Source: a virus
Taxonomy: Duplodnaviria; Caudoviricetes
Length of the DNA stretch: 42,549 nucleotides
Virus record (IMG/VR): IMGVR_UViG_3300012940_000014
Span: 1 to 42,549 of that record
Strand: one strand, 5' to 3'
Shown here: positions 23,797 through 33,975 of the stretch, in pieces
Layout: each line of letters begins with the position of its first letter
Numbering within the stretch: the stretch's first letter is position 1
Translations under genes and position numbers: made by a program
The notes under the pieces: model-generated
Database searches by the model: none
What the model saw: only the letters and a program-made list of their open reading frames with translations
What the model was told of the DNA's origin: nothing

Positions 23797-24113
23797 CAAC
23801 CGAAAAGCGCATTGCCGCCGTTTCCGAAATCGTCGGTGGGTGGCTTTGTTGGGTTGGTTACATTGGTTTCGGTGTTGTCTTCTTGTCTTCTCTTGACGGC
23901 AAGACGGACCAATCCATAACCCTGATGATTGTTTGGTTTGGAGCTATGCTGCTGCTCGCGTTGCCGCTCACCGCGTTGTGGGCGACCCGGGCGTTTATCA
24001 CTCTACGGACGGCGTGGCGGACCGGAGAAGCGCCCGCCGACACGCGGCTGGAGATGCGAGTGGTGGGGGGCGCCGAGGGGCGCTTGCGGGAGCCCGGAAC
24101 CTTGCTGCATTAG
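23793..24113 (+). CDS. Two-TM membrane protein moron
   Basis: Two hydrophobic segments; ATGA coupling to the lipoprotein. Confidence 0.7.
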   Translation: MTTEKRIAAVSEIVGGWLCWVGYIGFGVVFLSSLDGKTDQSITLMIVWFGAMLLLALPLTALWATRAFITLRTAWRTGEAPADTRLEMRVVGGAEGRLREPGTLLH

Positions 24114-25775
24114 TGCGTTGAGTCGCAACCGTTCCGCTTCCGCTCGCTGCACGTCCGGCCTTGCTGTCTGGTAGCGAGCAAATGGCGCTGCGCCGACATA
24201 CCCAAGCCCGACCCCGCGACCGACATTGGCGCCCAACTCCCATAGTGCGGCTTGTGTTTCGGCTGCCTGCATGCGCTGGATATTTCCTTCGCTTGGGTCC
24301 GCCGCCACTGCCTTGCGTGCCTCAGCGAGTTCATCTCGCGCCTGGCTTGCCATCGTGGATGTGACGCCAACTTCTGCGCCAACACCTCCTAAAACACCTA
24401 GATCTCGAACTCGCCCGTATTCCGACATGCCGAGCGGTGATGGATATAGCGTGGTTGCCGCCGGCGCATTTGCGTTAGCCCTAACGCCGTTACGCGCTCG
24501 GGGAGAAACACCAAATGGGACCTCACTCGCTTTGCCTTCCTGCCAAAACCTATTCACCCCGCCTACGCGACTTGGAATGTCGCCGCGGCCACTTACCATC
24601 CTGTTTGCTGCATTCGCCGCTTCCGCGCTCGCCTCTCTATAGCCGCGAGCCATCGAACCACGCATCCGGTGGCCCATCAGGAGGCCTGGGATATAGCCAG
24701 CATACGGCCCATAGTCATGAGCGAGGCGTTGCCACGCTGGAGTTTCCTGCTGCAATTCTCGCAAACGCTCCTCGCCAGCCTGCCGCTCTCCCGCCTTGCG
24801 GGCTTCGACGATCTTGTCGTCCAGCGTGTTGAGCTGCCCGAGCAGGCTCTGCACATCATTATCGGCCTGGGTGAATATCGGGTCTTGTTTGGCGGATGGC
24901 GCACGCCCTTTTGGCCTGGCCGCCTCACGGCGAGTGATGGCGTCCTGGTATTGTTTTGCGAAATCTGCCTTTTGCTGCTCAAGCTGCTTTAGACGATCGG
25001 TGCCGCCGAGGTCGTTTTCCGCTTCTGCCGTGCCAGGGTTGCCGCCCAAGCCGAAGAACGCCCCCAAACCAGCCGCCGGTCCGATAACGCGCGGGTTCAT
25101 GGCCGCCTTGGCCAGCGCCCCAGCTCCCGGAATGGGTGTAAACGGCGCCACCATCTCCGCGATCGGCTGCGTGTATTCCTGAGGTCGCTGCTGCGTGCTG
25201 ATGGAACCCGCGCCCTCTGGCGTCAGCCCCAGTGTGGATAGCGGCGTCATCGGGCCGAGACCGTAGTCCGGAAGCTGGCCGCCAGAGGGGAACGCTGCGT
25301 TGTTGTAGCCTGCCTGCTGCGGAAAGCTCGGCATGCCCATGGGGCTCGGCGGCAGACCAGCCGGCGGAGGTGTTGCGCCACCCCCCTGCATCTGCTGCAG
25401 CAACTGCTCCAGCACATCCATGTCAACGCCGCCTGCCATTGCGTCTTGTCCTCCAACTGTTGCCGCCGCCCCAGCCCCGAGGCCAGCGGCAGGTAGCGCC
25501 CATAGATCCGGCACCGCTCGCACGCCTTGCGCGCGCTGCAGTGAGCGCTCCGCCAGTGCGTGCGGCCATACGAATGCGCGTGTCGGTGATTCCGGGTCGA
25601 GCACCGGCCGCGCGTGCCCAGGGAACGGGTTTTCGAGCGGCGCATCAGTGAAACCGCGCGCGTATCCTGTTCCGCGCGGTGCTGGGTAAGCGAAGTCATC
25701 AACCACCGTGGCCGCCCTTTTGGCGGCCGGCGCACGCTTCAGCCCCTCGATGAGCCAGCGCGGCAGCAGGCCCAC
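24003..25775 (-). CDS. Internal virion / DNA ejection protein
   Basis: GTG 25775 just after the previous stop; Ala/Gly/Gln-rich with coiled coil; ejection-cluster position. Confidence 0.7.
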   Translation of the reverse strand: MGLLPRWLIEGLKRAPAAKRAATVVDDFAYPAPRGTGYARGFTDAPLENPFPGHARPVLDPESPTRAFVWPHALAERSLQRAQGVRAVPDLWALPAAGLGAGAAATVGGQDAMAGGVDMDVLEQLLQQMQGGGATPPPAGLPPSPMGMPSFPQQAGYNNAAFPSGGQLPDYGLGPMTPLSTLGLTPEGAGSISTQQRPQEYTQPIAEMVAPFTPIPGAGALAKAAMNPRVIGPAAGLGAFFGLGGNPGTAEAENDLGGTDRLKQLEQQKADFAKQYQDAITRREAARPKGRAPSAKQDPIFTQADNDVQSLLGQLNTLDDKIVEARKAGERQAGEERLRELQQETPAWQRLAHDYGPYAGYIPGLLMGHRMRGSMARGYREASAEAANAANRMVSGRGDIPSRVGGVNRFWQEGKASEVPFGVSPRARNGVRANANAPAATTLYPSPLGMSEYGRVRDLGVLGGVGAEVGVTSTMASQARDELAEARKAVAADPSEGNIQRMQAAETQAALWELGANVGRGVGLGYVGAAPFARYQTARPDVQRAEAERLRLNALMQQGSGLPQAPLGAPHHSHLQPRVGGRFSGPPRRP

Positions 25776-25776
25776 G

Positions 25777-27840
25777 TTAGTGCCTCGTCTCCTGCTGCCG
25801 ACCCGCGTAGCTGGCGGCGTTGCCCGACCACGCCTCGCCCAGCACATCGGCAATCTGCTTCAGCTTCGTTGCTCGCGATCGCCCGTATGTCATGGCGACT
25901 TGTCCCAGGAAGCGCGCCTGCTGCTGCGGGTCCGTGCTCAGTAACTGCTCGGCCAGATACCGCGCGCGCTCGCCCTTGATGGCAGCCAGCTTCTCTAGCT
26001 GGTCCGCCACAGCGTTGACCGCGGCGTTGATCAATCCGCCCTGGTCCTTGATGTACCGAAGGCTGCGCACCATCGCGCCCACGTCGATGGCGTCGATTGC
26101 CTTCTCGGCAGTGGATGAGTTGCCGAGCACCTTGGCGGCCGTCATCGACATTGATGTCTCGGTGCGCAGCAGCTCCTCGAGCTTGGCGCGGTTACCGCCA
26201 GCCTGACCGGCGGCACCGGTCGAACCTGCCCTGGGTGGGAGGATGAGGCGCAACTGTGCCTCTCGATTGCGCGTCCTGAGCTTGCCGGTGAAGTCTGCCG
26301 TTGGGCCCTGCGTCTTCCGGCCCGCGTCCTCCATGAAGGCGTCGACCCACGCGCGCCGCGCCATGCGCTTTTCCGGTTCCGACAGAGCTGCCCACTTCGA
26401 CGCTGGCACCTCCATCAGCCCCTTGCGATAGAGCGCCCGCCCGATGTCGGCGGCATCGATCAACTCGCTTTGTGAGCGGTAGGTGTTGAGGGCCTCGCGG
26501 TATGGCTGGTTCTTGCCCCCGCTCGTCACCTCATCCATCAGCTCGTGCTTGAAGCGCGTGAGCACACGGCGATCGTTGCCGCGCGCCTGGTCGATCATGT
26601 TATCCAGCGCCACCTTGGCCTTATGAAAGCGCTCGATGTCGTTCACCGGAAACTGCGGATTGCCGTAGTTCCCGTACTTCCCGGACTGGGTGAACATGTC
26701 CGTTGCAGCCATCAGCCGGTTGCGCGTGGCTGGGTCGGGCTCCGACATGGCGCGCAGTCGGTTGCCTGCGAGCACATTGGACAGGTCGAAGGGCTGGCTG
26801 GCGTTTCGCGCCGTCGCAAACATCGCATCGGCCTTCGCTTTCCTGTCCCCCGTCAGGCGCTCAAGGGCCACCGGCAATTCCTCGTCGCTGACGTTCATCG
26901 AGCGGCGCAGTTGCTCGCCCATGCGTGCGATCTGCCCGGAGGCTTGGCCACCACGCGACAGATCGGTGACGCCAGCCTGACGCTGCGCCAGGAACGGCTC
27001 GATGATGTCGTCGGCATCCCCGCCCACCTTGATGCCGCGCAGAATGCGTTGCGTTGCCGGCGTCATGTCCGCGATGGTCTGCGGCAGCTCGACAGCTTTG
27101 TTCTTTGCGAACTGGCGCGCCTGCTCTCCGCTGTTCAGCAGCGACGCAATCTGTTGCTCATCGTGCCCCTGCCGGCGCAGGCGGTCCGCCAGATAGAGGC
27201 GGGCCGATTCCTCGTTGTCGGTGATGCGCGTTGCGGCGTTCTGGGCGCCACGAAACACGGGCGCAAGCAGCCTCTGCGCCCCAGGGATAGCAGCGCCGAT
27301 GGCACTGCCAACCTTCACGCCTTCCTGCGCACGCTCCAGGCGGTTGGCCGCGCCGCCCTCTCCGGAGGCGAAGCCGCCCGCCGCACCGTAGCCCGCGCCG
27401 ACGCCAGCCGAGCGGGCCGTTTTGGCGAGGAAGCCAGCGCCGCGATTGACGAGACGCGCAGCCCCAGCCCCAGGAAGCGCGAACCCGCCGGCGAGCTCCG
27501 CCGTGAGTGCGGTGCCAGGGTTCTGCTCACGGAACCGATCGAGCGCCGCACGCTCCTCGCTCAGGGCTTGGCTGTAGGGCGTGCCCCCGAGGGAGCGGAT
27601 GCCTGCAACGATCTCGTCCCCGAAGCCGAGCGAGGCGCCTTGGCCCGCGGTGCGCAGTAGATCCTTGCCGTACTGGCCCCATCCCTCATAAGGCGCGGTT
27701 GCCGGCGCCTTCGGCGCGCGCGGACCATCGCCCCCAACCTTCTCCTGGAGGAACGCCAGCACTTCCTTCTCGCCAGCACCATCGGGTGCCGTGATCTGGT
27801 AGCGCTTTCCATCGGGCGCGGTGGCGACATAGCGCGGCAT
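25777..27840 (-). CDS. DNA ejection (transfer) protein
   Basis: Y..TAPDG.RYQITAPDGA and QGASLGFGDEI motifs typical of podoviral ejection proteins. Confidence 0.8.
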   Translation of the reverse strand: MPRYVATAPDGKRYQITAPDGAGEKEVLAFLQEKVGGDGPRAPKAPATAPYEGWGQYGKDLLRTAGQGASLGFGDEIVAGIRSLGGTPYSQALSEERAALDRFREQNPGTALTAELAGGFALPGAGAARLVNRGAGFLAKTARSAGVGAGYGAAGGFASGEGGAANRLERAQEGVKVGSAIGAAIPGAQRLLAPVFRGAQNAATRITDNEESARLYLADRLRRQGHDEQQIASLLNSGEQARQFAKNKAVELPQTIADMTPATQRILRGIKVGGDADDIIEPFLAQRQAGVTDLSRGGQASGQIARMGEQLRRSMNVSDEELPVALERLTGDRKAKADAMFATARNASQPFDLSNVLAGNRLRAMSEPDPATRNRLMAATDMFTQSGKYGNYGNPQFPVNDIERFHKAKVALDNMIDQARGNDRRVLTRFKHELMDEVTSGGKNQPYREALNTYRSQSELIDAADIGRALYRKGLMEVPASKWAALSEPEKRMARRAWVDAFMEDAGRKTQGPTADFTGKLRTRNREAQLRLILPPRAGSTGAAGQAGGNRAKLEELLRTETSMSMTAAKVLGNSSTAEKAIDAIDVGAMVRSLRYIKDQGGLINAAVNAVADQLEKLAAIKGERARYLAEQLLSTDPQQQARFLGQVAMTYGRSRATKLKQIADVLGEAWSGNAASYAGRQQETRH

Positions 27841-28973
27841 CAGTCAATTGCCTCCAGGGACCATCCGGACGTGTCGGGCGCGGCTGGGGCGCGCTGCCCG
27901 GCGCGCGAGTAGGCACCCTGCACGCCCTTGCGCACCAGGTGCTCGAGGTCATCCAGCGCCTTCATGAACTCCTCTTTGCTTTGTGCCGTCTCCAGGCGCG
28001 CGGAGGCCTCGCGAGCGGCCTTGCCCTCGGCATCCGACAGCGAGCCCATGCCACGCATCTTCTGGATCGAGGCGAGGAATGCCTGGCCGGAGAGCTGTTT
28101 CACCAGCGCATCGAATCCCTTCGCGCGCGGCGACAGGCTCATCAGGTTTGAGGTCCAGCCGGTGCCGGCGCCGAGCCCTGGGTGAGAGCGCGTCTGGTTG
28201 ATGACGTCCAGCGCTGTCTCTGCATCAGCGATCGCGCCAGGAAGCTGCTGCTGCGCCTCCACCTGCATCTCTGCGCTTTTCTTGGCCGCAGCCACTTGGC
28301 CCGGGTTCATCAGGTTATAGAGCTGCGCCTGCTGCAACGGGTTCAGCGCCTTGTTGCGGCTCATGGCGTATCTGCCAAGGAAATCCAAGCCCTCCTCCGG
28401 CCCCATCGCCTGTGCCAGCGTCGTGATTTCCGCGGGCACGTCCTTGAGCAGCGGGTGCGATGCGGCAGGCTGTCCGTTCGGGAAGATGCGTCCCCACGCT
28501 TCCTGCATGCGCTGGCGCTGCTGCTGGGTCCGCTGCCACTCCTGCTGCTCCATCTGGCCACGCTGATTGGCTTGCGCGAGCTGGGCACCCGTGCCCGGGC
28601 CGTATCCACCAAAGCCCGTAAGGCCAGCGAGGAAGAGTGGGTTGACGGAGAGCCGGTCAAATAGCCCAGGCTGCTGCGCCTGCTGCGTCGGCTGGCCCAT
28701 CGCCATCGGCGTCTGCTGTGGCATGGAGGCGGGCGCAGCCTGGGGCGGCGGCGCGGCTGTTGGCGACTGTGCCGCCATTGTCGGCGTCTGCGCTGACGGT
28801 GAGACCTTGGCATCCCATCCAGTCATCGGAGCTGCGGCCGGCATCTGCATCATGGCCTGCGTGAGCGACGGGATGCCTGGCACCGGCGCCACTCGCTCCG
28901 GTGGCGTGTTGGCCATTGCATAATCGCGCGATGCGCGGTTCCACTGGTCAACGATGTTGTCGAGGAGCCCCAT
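27840..28973 (-). CDS. DNA ejection protein (P22 gp20-like C-terminus)
   Basis: AFLASIQKMRGMGSLSDAEGK...L...QSKEEF. Confidence 0.82.
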   Translation of the reverse strand: MGLLDNIVDQWNRASRDYAMANTPPERVAPVPGIPSLTQAMMQMPAAAPMTGWDAKVSPSAQTPTMAAQSPTAAPPPQAAPASMPQQTPMAMGQPTQQAQQPGLFDRLSVNPLFLAGLTGFGGYGPGTGAQLAQANQRGQMEQQEWQRTQQQRQRMQEAWGRIFPNGQPAASHPLLKDVPAEITTLAQAMGPEEGLDFLGRYAMSRNKALNPLQQAQLYNLMNPGQVAAAKKSAEMQVEAQQQLPGAIADAETALDVINQTRSHPGLGAGTGWTSNLMSLSPRAKGFDALVKQLSGQAFLASIQKMRGMGSLSDAEGKAAREASARLETAQSKEEFMKALDDLEHLVRKGVQGAYSRAGQRAPAAPDTSGWSLEAID

Positions 28974-29677
28974 CAGCCTCTACTCACGCTAGTGCCCGTT
29001 TCCCACGGCATTGTCGCGACGTTCATCCCGAATGGGTTGGAACCAAGCAGGCCGAACAATGAACCGCTGCCACCAGCGAGGCTGAGCGGGCTGGTCGCGC
29101 CGCCGGTCATGAGTCCGAGTCCCATCAGGGCGCCATTGGCAACCAGTGATGCCGTCGATGGTGTGGTTGTTGTCGTCGACGTGCCGGACGAGCTGCCACC
29201 CATCGAGCCTAGCCCCTGGAGGCGCTGCAGATATTGATCGAGGTACTGCGATCCGGCGGCGTCCATGCTCGGCGCCATGGCGGCGGCGCCCTGCTGCAAT
29301 CCGCGCTCGGTATTGTACTGGTTGAACAGCGGCGCAGCGAGGCCAGACGTCATGCCTTGCGAGATGTACTGGGCCGCGTCGCCGCTATTGCCGCGTCCGG
29401 CGCGAGAGAATTGCGCCGAGAGCGACGACTGGATGGGGTCGGTGACCGCCTTTGTCAGCGCACCCAGGTTCGGGTTGGTGCTCGGGTCCAGGTAGTTACC
29501 CGAGATGACATTCGACAGATAGCCGGACGCCTGCGAGGTGAGGTTGTTGTTGGCGTTCGCCTTGTCGGTCGCGAACTGATTTTGCACGTCGCTCACGGCG
29601 GATGTGAGAGCGCCCTGCGTCGGTCCCCACGGGTTCGTGGTCGAGGATTGCGTTTGCTTCTGTGTGCTGTCGCCCAT
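28973..29677 (-). CDS. Small ejection/pilot protein
   Basis: Q.TQSSTTNPW N-terminus, G.YL..NP, Gly/Ser/Thr-rich. Confidence 0.78.
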   Translation of the reverse strand: MGDSTQKQTQSSTTNPWGPTQGALTSAVSDVQNQFATDKANANNNLTSQASGYLSNVISGNYLDPSTNPNLGALTKAVTDPIQSSLSAQFSRAGRGNSGDAAQYISQGMTSGLAAPLFNQYNTERGLQQGAAAMAPSMDAAGSQYLDQYLQRLQGLGSMGGSSSGTSTTTTTPSTASLVANGALMGLGLMTGGATSPLSLAGGSGSLFGLLGSNPFGMNVATMPWETGTSVSRG

Positions 29678-29678
29678 C

Positions 29679-30086
29679 TCAGATGCTCATCTCGATAACC
29701 GTCCTGACCTTTCGCCATCCATCGGCGCGCACGTATCGTTGCCAGCCGTCGCGGCCGGATGCCTCAAGCCGCACACAGCCTTCGCGTCCCGCCCATTCTT
29801 TGATTTCTGCAATGAGGGGCCGCCAGCGCTTGAAGTCGAGGCCGGCAACAATCACCAGACCGCACGTTTTGCCTCTGGCGCTGGTGTAAAGCTCGGTGAT
29901 GCAGCAGCCGTGTGCCCGTCCATCGTCCCACGCCAACCAGAGCTGCATGTCGCCGCGCTCCAATGATGCGCGGATGACGTCGGGCTCCACATTTGCGTTG
30001 GCCTCATTCAGGGACGCCAACACCCAGGCCTCAATCAGCGGCCATGCCCTCGGTGTCAGGTCCGGCCGGATCGCGCGCGCCCTCAC
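29679..30086 (-). CDS. GNAT-fold virion-associated protein
   Basis: GDMQLWL, IKEWA..EGC..LEASGR.GW; GTGA overlap. Confidence 0.75.
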   Translation of the reverse strand: MRARAIRPDLTPRAWPLIEAWVLASLNEANANVEPDVIRASLERGDMQLWLAWDDGRAHGCCITELYTSARGKTCGLVIVAGLDFKRWRPLIAEIKEWAGREGCVRLEASGRDGWQRYVRADGWRKVRTVIEMSI

Positions 30087-30736
30087 GGCTTGATGCCGAT
30101 GGTGTAGGCGGCCCACGAGCGGCTTGAGCCGAGCGTGAAAGCCCCCGGAGACTTTGTCCCTGCCCGGTCCTGCTGCCACGCTGCGGCAACGGTGTTGAAG
30201 CCATTATCGTTGGATGCGTTGCGCTGCTGACCGCCACTGAACCCTGATGGATATGCTGATACCGTAGGCGCGCTCTGAAACAGACCGTTGCTATGAAACA
30301 TGGCGAACCAAAGCGTGCTCCGCTTCCCCCACGATGGCGTCATAGCAGCAGGCGTCGGCGTCGTGCTTGATCCGGTTGCTGGCACGGACGGGGCCTCTAC
30401 CGACTTGCCTCCGCTGATGCGCCACGCGATCGCGGCAAGGAATTGCGTCCCGCCCCCGTTGGCTACTGTTACGGTCGGCCCTTCAGACCCAGATGCGATC
30501 TTCCACAGCACTGTGCCATGGCCTGCGTTGGTGGGTACAAATGCCTGCACCCACCCGCTAGCCGTGCAGTTGAACAAGCTGCAATGGATCAGCAGCAGTT
30601 CCCCGGCGGCGATACCGGCTGGTAGGTTGACGTTGCCGCTGCTGACTGGGCTTCCGTTGTTGGTCGTGTTGCTGGCAACAACGGCAGGAAACTTTCCCCC
30701 GCCAATGATCCCGCACCCCAATGGCATCAGCATCAT
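30083..30736 (-). CDS. Beta-rich accessory virion protein
   Basis: VNLPAGIAAGELLLI, VLWKIASGSEG; structural-region context. Confidence 0.7.
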   Translation of the reverse strand: MMLMPLGCGIIGGGKFPAVVASNTTNNGSPVSSGNVNLPAGIAAGELLLIHCSLFNCTASGWVQAFVPTNAGHGTVLWKIASGSEGPTVTVANGGGTQFLAAIAWRISGGKSVEAPSVPATGSSTTPTPAAMTPSWGKRSTLWFAMFHSNGLFQSAPTVSAYPSGFSGGQQRNASNDNGFNTVAAAWQQDRAGTKSPGAFTLGSSRSWAAYTIGIKP

Positions 30737-31218
30737 GGGTCTAGCGTCACCGTGCCAGCGATAGATACGCTCAGCATCTCGCAGTTTGACGTGCTCGACA
30801 CGACAATCGCCACCGTGTCGCCCACGGCCACCTCATTCGCACTCGAGTGGCTCTGGCTCTGCTCTGTCGTAGATGCGCTGTTGGCAGAGCCGCCCAGATT
30901 GGTGCCGTTGATGGTGATGGTGACAGTGGCCGTGCCAGCCGTGCAGCGCGTCGTCGTCTCAGCGATGGTGAAGGGCCGTGCGGCCTTCTGGATGATGACG
31001 TAGGTCTTGTCTTCCGGCGCCTCGAGCAGCCAGTGCCCCGACGCCACCTGATTGACATTCGCCTTTACCCCGAGTGTCGCCTGGATGTCAGAGACGCCCT
31101 CGGTCAACCCGCCCAGGTATTGCCCGCGCCGCAGCTCCTTGATGAGGTCTTGCGCCCAGGTGTAGAGCTGCTGCAGGCCAGAGCCGGTTGGGTTCTTCCA
31201 GCGCGAATCGAAGGTCAC
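30733..31218 (-). CDS. Tail-associated structural protein
   Basis: Helical N-terminus and Thr-rich beta C-terminus; coupled to its neighbours. Confidence 0.7.
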   Translation of the reverse strand: MTFDSRWKNPTGSGLQQLYTWAQDLIKELRRGQYLGGLTEGVSDIQATLGVKANVNQVASGHWLLEAPEDKTYVIIQKAARPFTIAETTTRCTAGTATVTITINGTNLGGSANSASTTEQSQSHSSANEVAVGDTVAIVVSSTSNCEMLSVSIAGTVTLDP

Positions 31219-32711
31219 CGGCCGGCCGTCGCCTGCGCCACGATATGCACCCCCTCAGCGCGCCGCCATGCAGCTCCAGCACCGACAGTCACCCGAGCTC
31301 GCGCAAATCGTGCATCCACTCGCTGCGGGCAGAAGCCAGCGCGGTTCATGCTCGTGGCGTTACTGGCCACGGAGGCAGCGCCGGGCAGGGACGCGCGCGA
31401 GACGACGGCCGCCGCCACATCGCTCTGCGGGAAATCGCCCATAGGCCATATCTCGGTGATGATGCCGCGCTTGCCCGGCAGCGGCTCGAATTCCTTGGTG
31501 TCGATAATGGCCTGCCGGTTTGGCCCGGTGAACAGACCCAGCCTGTGCGTGCCCGTCCTCACGCCTGCCAGATGGCGGCGGATGTCGCTGTAGACGGCGG
31601 AGTCGATGTCGTCGGGTAGGCCGTATAGCGCCTCGACATCATCATCCAGGTTGTTGCCTGTCAGAATGGCGCTGATGTTCTCCACCGTGTAGGGCTCGGC
31701 CGGTGATGCGAACAGATACTCCAGCCCCTCATCGTCGTGCGTCCACCGGTTGTCCTGGATGGAGTAGATCAGCAGCTCTGAGATGAACTGCGATGATCCG
31801 GTGGGGATGCCGAACACGGCCAGCTTGCGGCGCGCGTCGATCGCCACGCATATCTTGTGCCGGTACGCATAATTGACGTTGCGCACGAAGTACTCGTCAA
31901 CCTTCCCGTATCCGATCGGGAGCGATGATTGGCCGTCGAACACATAGAAACCGTCGTCGGCGCAATAGAAGATGCCACGGCCGAACGGTGCGGCGGCGTT
32001 GCGCGAGATGCACCCGCGCGCTTTCTCCACGTAGTCCTGGCCGAAGTCCCACGTTACCGGCGGCCCGACATAGATGGCGCGGCGGATGGCGCGGTCCTGG
32101 AAGATGGCGGCGTAATCCAGGCCGATGATGGTCTGGATTTCCCCCTGCTCCTGGTCCAGCTCCTGGTTGCCCGCCTGCGTGCCGACATCGGGCACCCAAT
32201 CGGCGCTGTTGTTGAAGGCTGACCAGTGCAGCGTGTGGCCGACGCCCATCATCAAGAAGTCGCCGACGCGGGCGACTGACGTAGCGCCGGATGGTGGCGA
32301 GCCAGCGAGGTCGCTGTACTCGGTGTCCGTGCCCATCAGATAGGTTTGCGGCTCGACGTTGCGCGACACGTAAATCACATTGTCGCCGAACTGCGCGCCC
32401 TGCCATGTGTCTGAGCCGCCGACCGCATAGCCGCCCGACTGCGATACATCCGTGGCGACGCGGCTCTGCAACTCGTACAGCTTCGCTGCATCGCCCATGA
32501 AAATGTGCGGGATGCCGGCGCTATCGTAGAAGATGCCTGCGCCCTGGCAGATGTCGGCCGTTCTGGCGTTGCCACCGTAGTCCTGCAATGACGGGAAGGG
32601 CGCATACTGCTTGCCGACCGAGATGACGCCGCGGGCCTCGCGCGTCGGGTTGATGCGGTCTGACGTATCCGGCGCCCACTCCGAGAACTCAATCGGCTTT
32701 GGATCAGGCAT
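31215..32711 (-). CDS. Tail nozzle / DNA stabilisation protein (P22 gp10-like)
   Basis: IEFSEWAPD N-terminus, W.GAQFG, WSAFNN..DW, beta-propeller-like composition; position. Confidence 0.8.
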   Translation of the reverse strand: MPDPKPIEFSEWAPDTSDRINPTREARGVISVGKQYAPFPSLQDYGGNARTADICQGAGIFYDSAGIPHIFMGDAAKLYELQSRVATDVSQSGGYAVGGSDTWQGAQFGDNVIYVSRNVEPQTYLMGTDTEYSDLAGSPPSGATSVARVGDFLMMGVGHTLHWSAFNNSADWVPDVGTQAGNQELDQEQGEIQTIIGLDYAAIFQDRAIRRAIYVGPPVTWDFGQDYVEKARGCISRNAAAPFGRGIFYCADDGFYVFDGQSSLPIGYGKVDEYFVRNVNYAYRHKICVAIDARRKLAVFGIPTGSSQFISELLIYSIQDNRWTHDDEGLEYLFASPAEPYTVENISAILTGNNLDDDVEALYGLPDDIDSAVYSDIRRHLAGVRTGTHRLGLFTGPNRQAIIDTKEFEPLPGKRGIITEIWPMGDFPQSDVAAAVVSRASLPGAASVASNATSMNRAGFCPQRVDARFARARVTVGAGAAWRRAEGVHIVAQATAGR

Positions 32712-33561
32712 CTCGCCTCAGGTTCCCGCTGTTGTTGGCAATTGGCGTAATCGTTCCATCTCCGTCAGGCGCACGCCGCAGTGCCCCGCTGGGTGCGCCT
32801 ACGGGGCGGATCGTGCCCGGTCCGTCACTCGCCCGGCGAAGTGCCCCGCCGATGCCAGGGATTGGCGTCAGCACTCGCGCCAGCCATGACCAGGTGGTGC
32901 GGAGGCCGATGCTGGCGGTGATGACCACGCTGACAGCGAACCCGATAATGATGTTGGTGGTGGCGGCAACGCCTGCGCTCAGCGTGAGCAGTAGGTGCTT
33001 GGTGTAGGTGGCGAGGGATGAGGACAGCAGGCCGGCTGCAATTCCCTTGGCGATGGCGCGGGCGAGGCCGCTCGATGCAGTGATGCCGGCAGTCAGCAAC
33101 ACGACGCCGCCACGCCCAATGACAGCGGCGAGGGAGATGCTGGCCGCGATGTGCTTGGCCACCGCCCGCTTCAGCGTCGCGCCTGCGTCAGCCCCGGCCG
33201 AGACGTGCTTGCCCATGCCGCGCGCCAGTAGGGCCGCCAGTGTGACGGCTGCCGCCAGAGCCACCAGGACGTTGCGTGGCGCGGCGATGGTGACAGCCAG
33301 GGCGATCGCAGCCGTGAGGCTCAAGGCCATTGCGCGCCGTGCCAGCGTGGAGAGTGTTGCGCCGGCGGCGATGCTTTTTTCGGTGGCCCGCACCAACATC
33401 GTTGCCGCCGTAATGTCGCCCGTCAGGCTCTTGGTTGCCGCGCGCTGTGATGCTGCTTCCGCTGACACGCCCGCGGTCACGCCAACCGGCGTCGTGCCGC
33501 CGAGGCTGCCCCAGCTATTGCCCCAGGCACTGCCCCAGCTATTGCCCCAGGAGCTGACCAC
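32704..33561 (-). CDS. Repeat-rich virion protein (SWG repeats plus ~19-aa Ala/Thr repeats)
   Basis: SWGNSWGSAWGNSWG; 22-bp direct repeat at 33506 and 33530. Confidence 0.75.
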   Translation of the reverse strand: MVSSWGNSWGSAWGNSWGSLGGTTPVGVTAGVSAEAASQRAATKSLTGDITAATMLVRATEKSIAAGATLSTLARRAMALSLTAAIALAVTIAAPRNVLVALAAAVTLAALLARGMGKHVSAGADAGATLKRAVAKHIAASISLAAVIGRGGVVLLTAGITASSGLARAIAKGIAAGLLSSSLATYTKHLLLTLSAGVAATTNIIIGFAVSVVITASIGLRTTWSWLARVLTPIPGIGGALRRASDGPGTIRPVGAPSGALRRAPDGDGTITPIANNSGNLRRDA

Positions 33562-33975
33562 TTACGCCGGCCCCCACTTTGTCGTGTCGCCGTCGCCCGT
33601 CACCTCGACGCTGTTCACATGTGTGATGTTAGCTGGAAGGGGGGCTGATGCGCTCACGAGGGCGTCATAGGTGCTCGCCGGCACAACCATGAACTCGCGC
33701 CAGACCGGCAGCGCGCCAGACTTCGAGACGTTGACGATCAGGATGCCGAGTGTTCCGGTGTCGGTGGTGTCGAGTGCGACCTCGTACCAGCCGTTTTCCT
33801 CGTGGGTGGCGGCGTTGCTGTCGTTCTTCTGCCCCCAGCCCGCATCGTTCTTCTTCAGGCGCACGTCTGCCTGGGCGATAGAGAGGCCTGTCTCCGCAGT
33901 CTTGCCGTCCGTGTCGTCGACGAATGGGCCGAGGGCAATGCTGACGGCGGTCGATTGCTTGAGCAGCGTTGCCAT
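33562..33975 (-). CDS. Accessory virion protein
   Basis: MATLLKQSTA...GPFVD.TDG.TAETGL, GWYEVAL..TDTGTLG.L. Confidence 0.8.
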   Translation of the reverse strand: MATLLKQSTAVSIALGPFVDDTDGKTAETGLSIAQADVRLKKNDAGWGQKNDSNAATHEENGWYEVALDTTDTGTLGILIVNVSKSGALPVWREFMVVPASTYDALVSASAPLPANITHVNSVEVTGDGDTTKWGPA

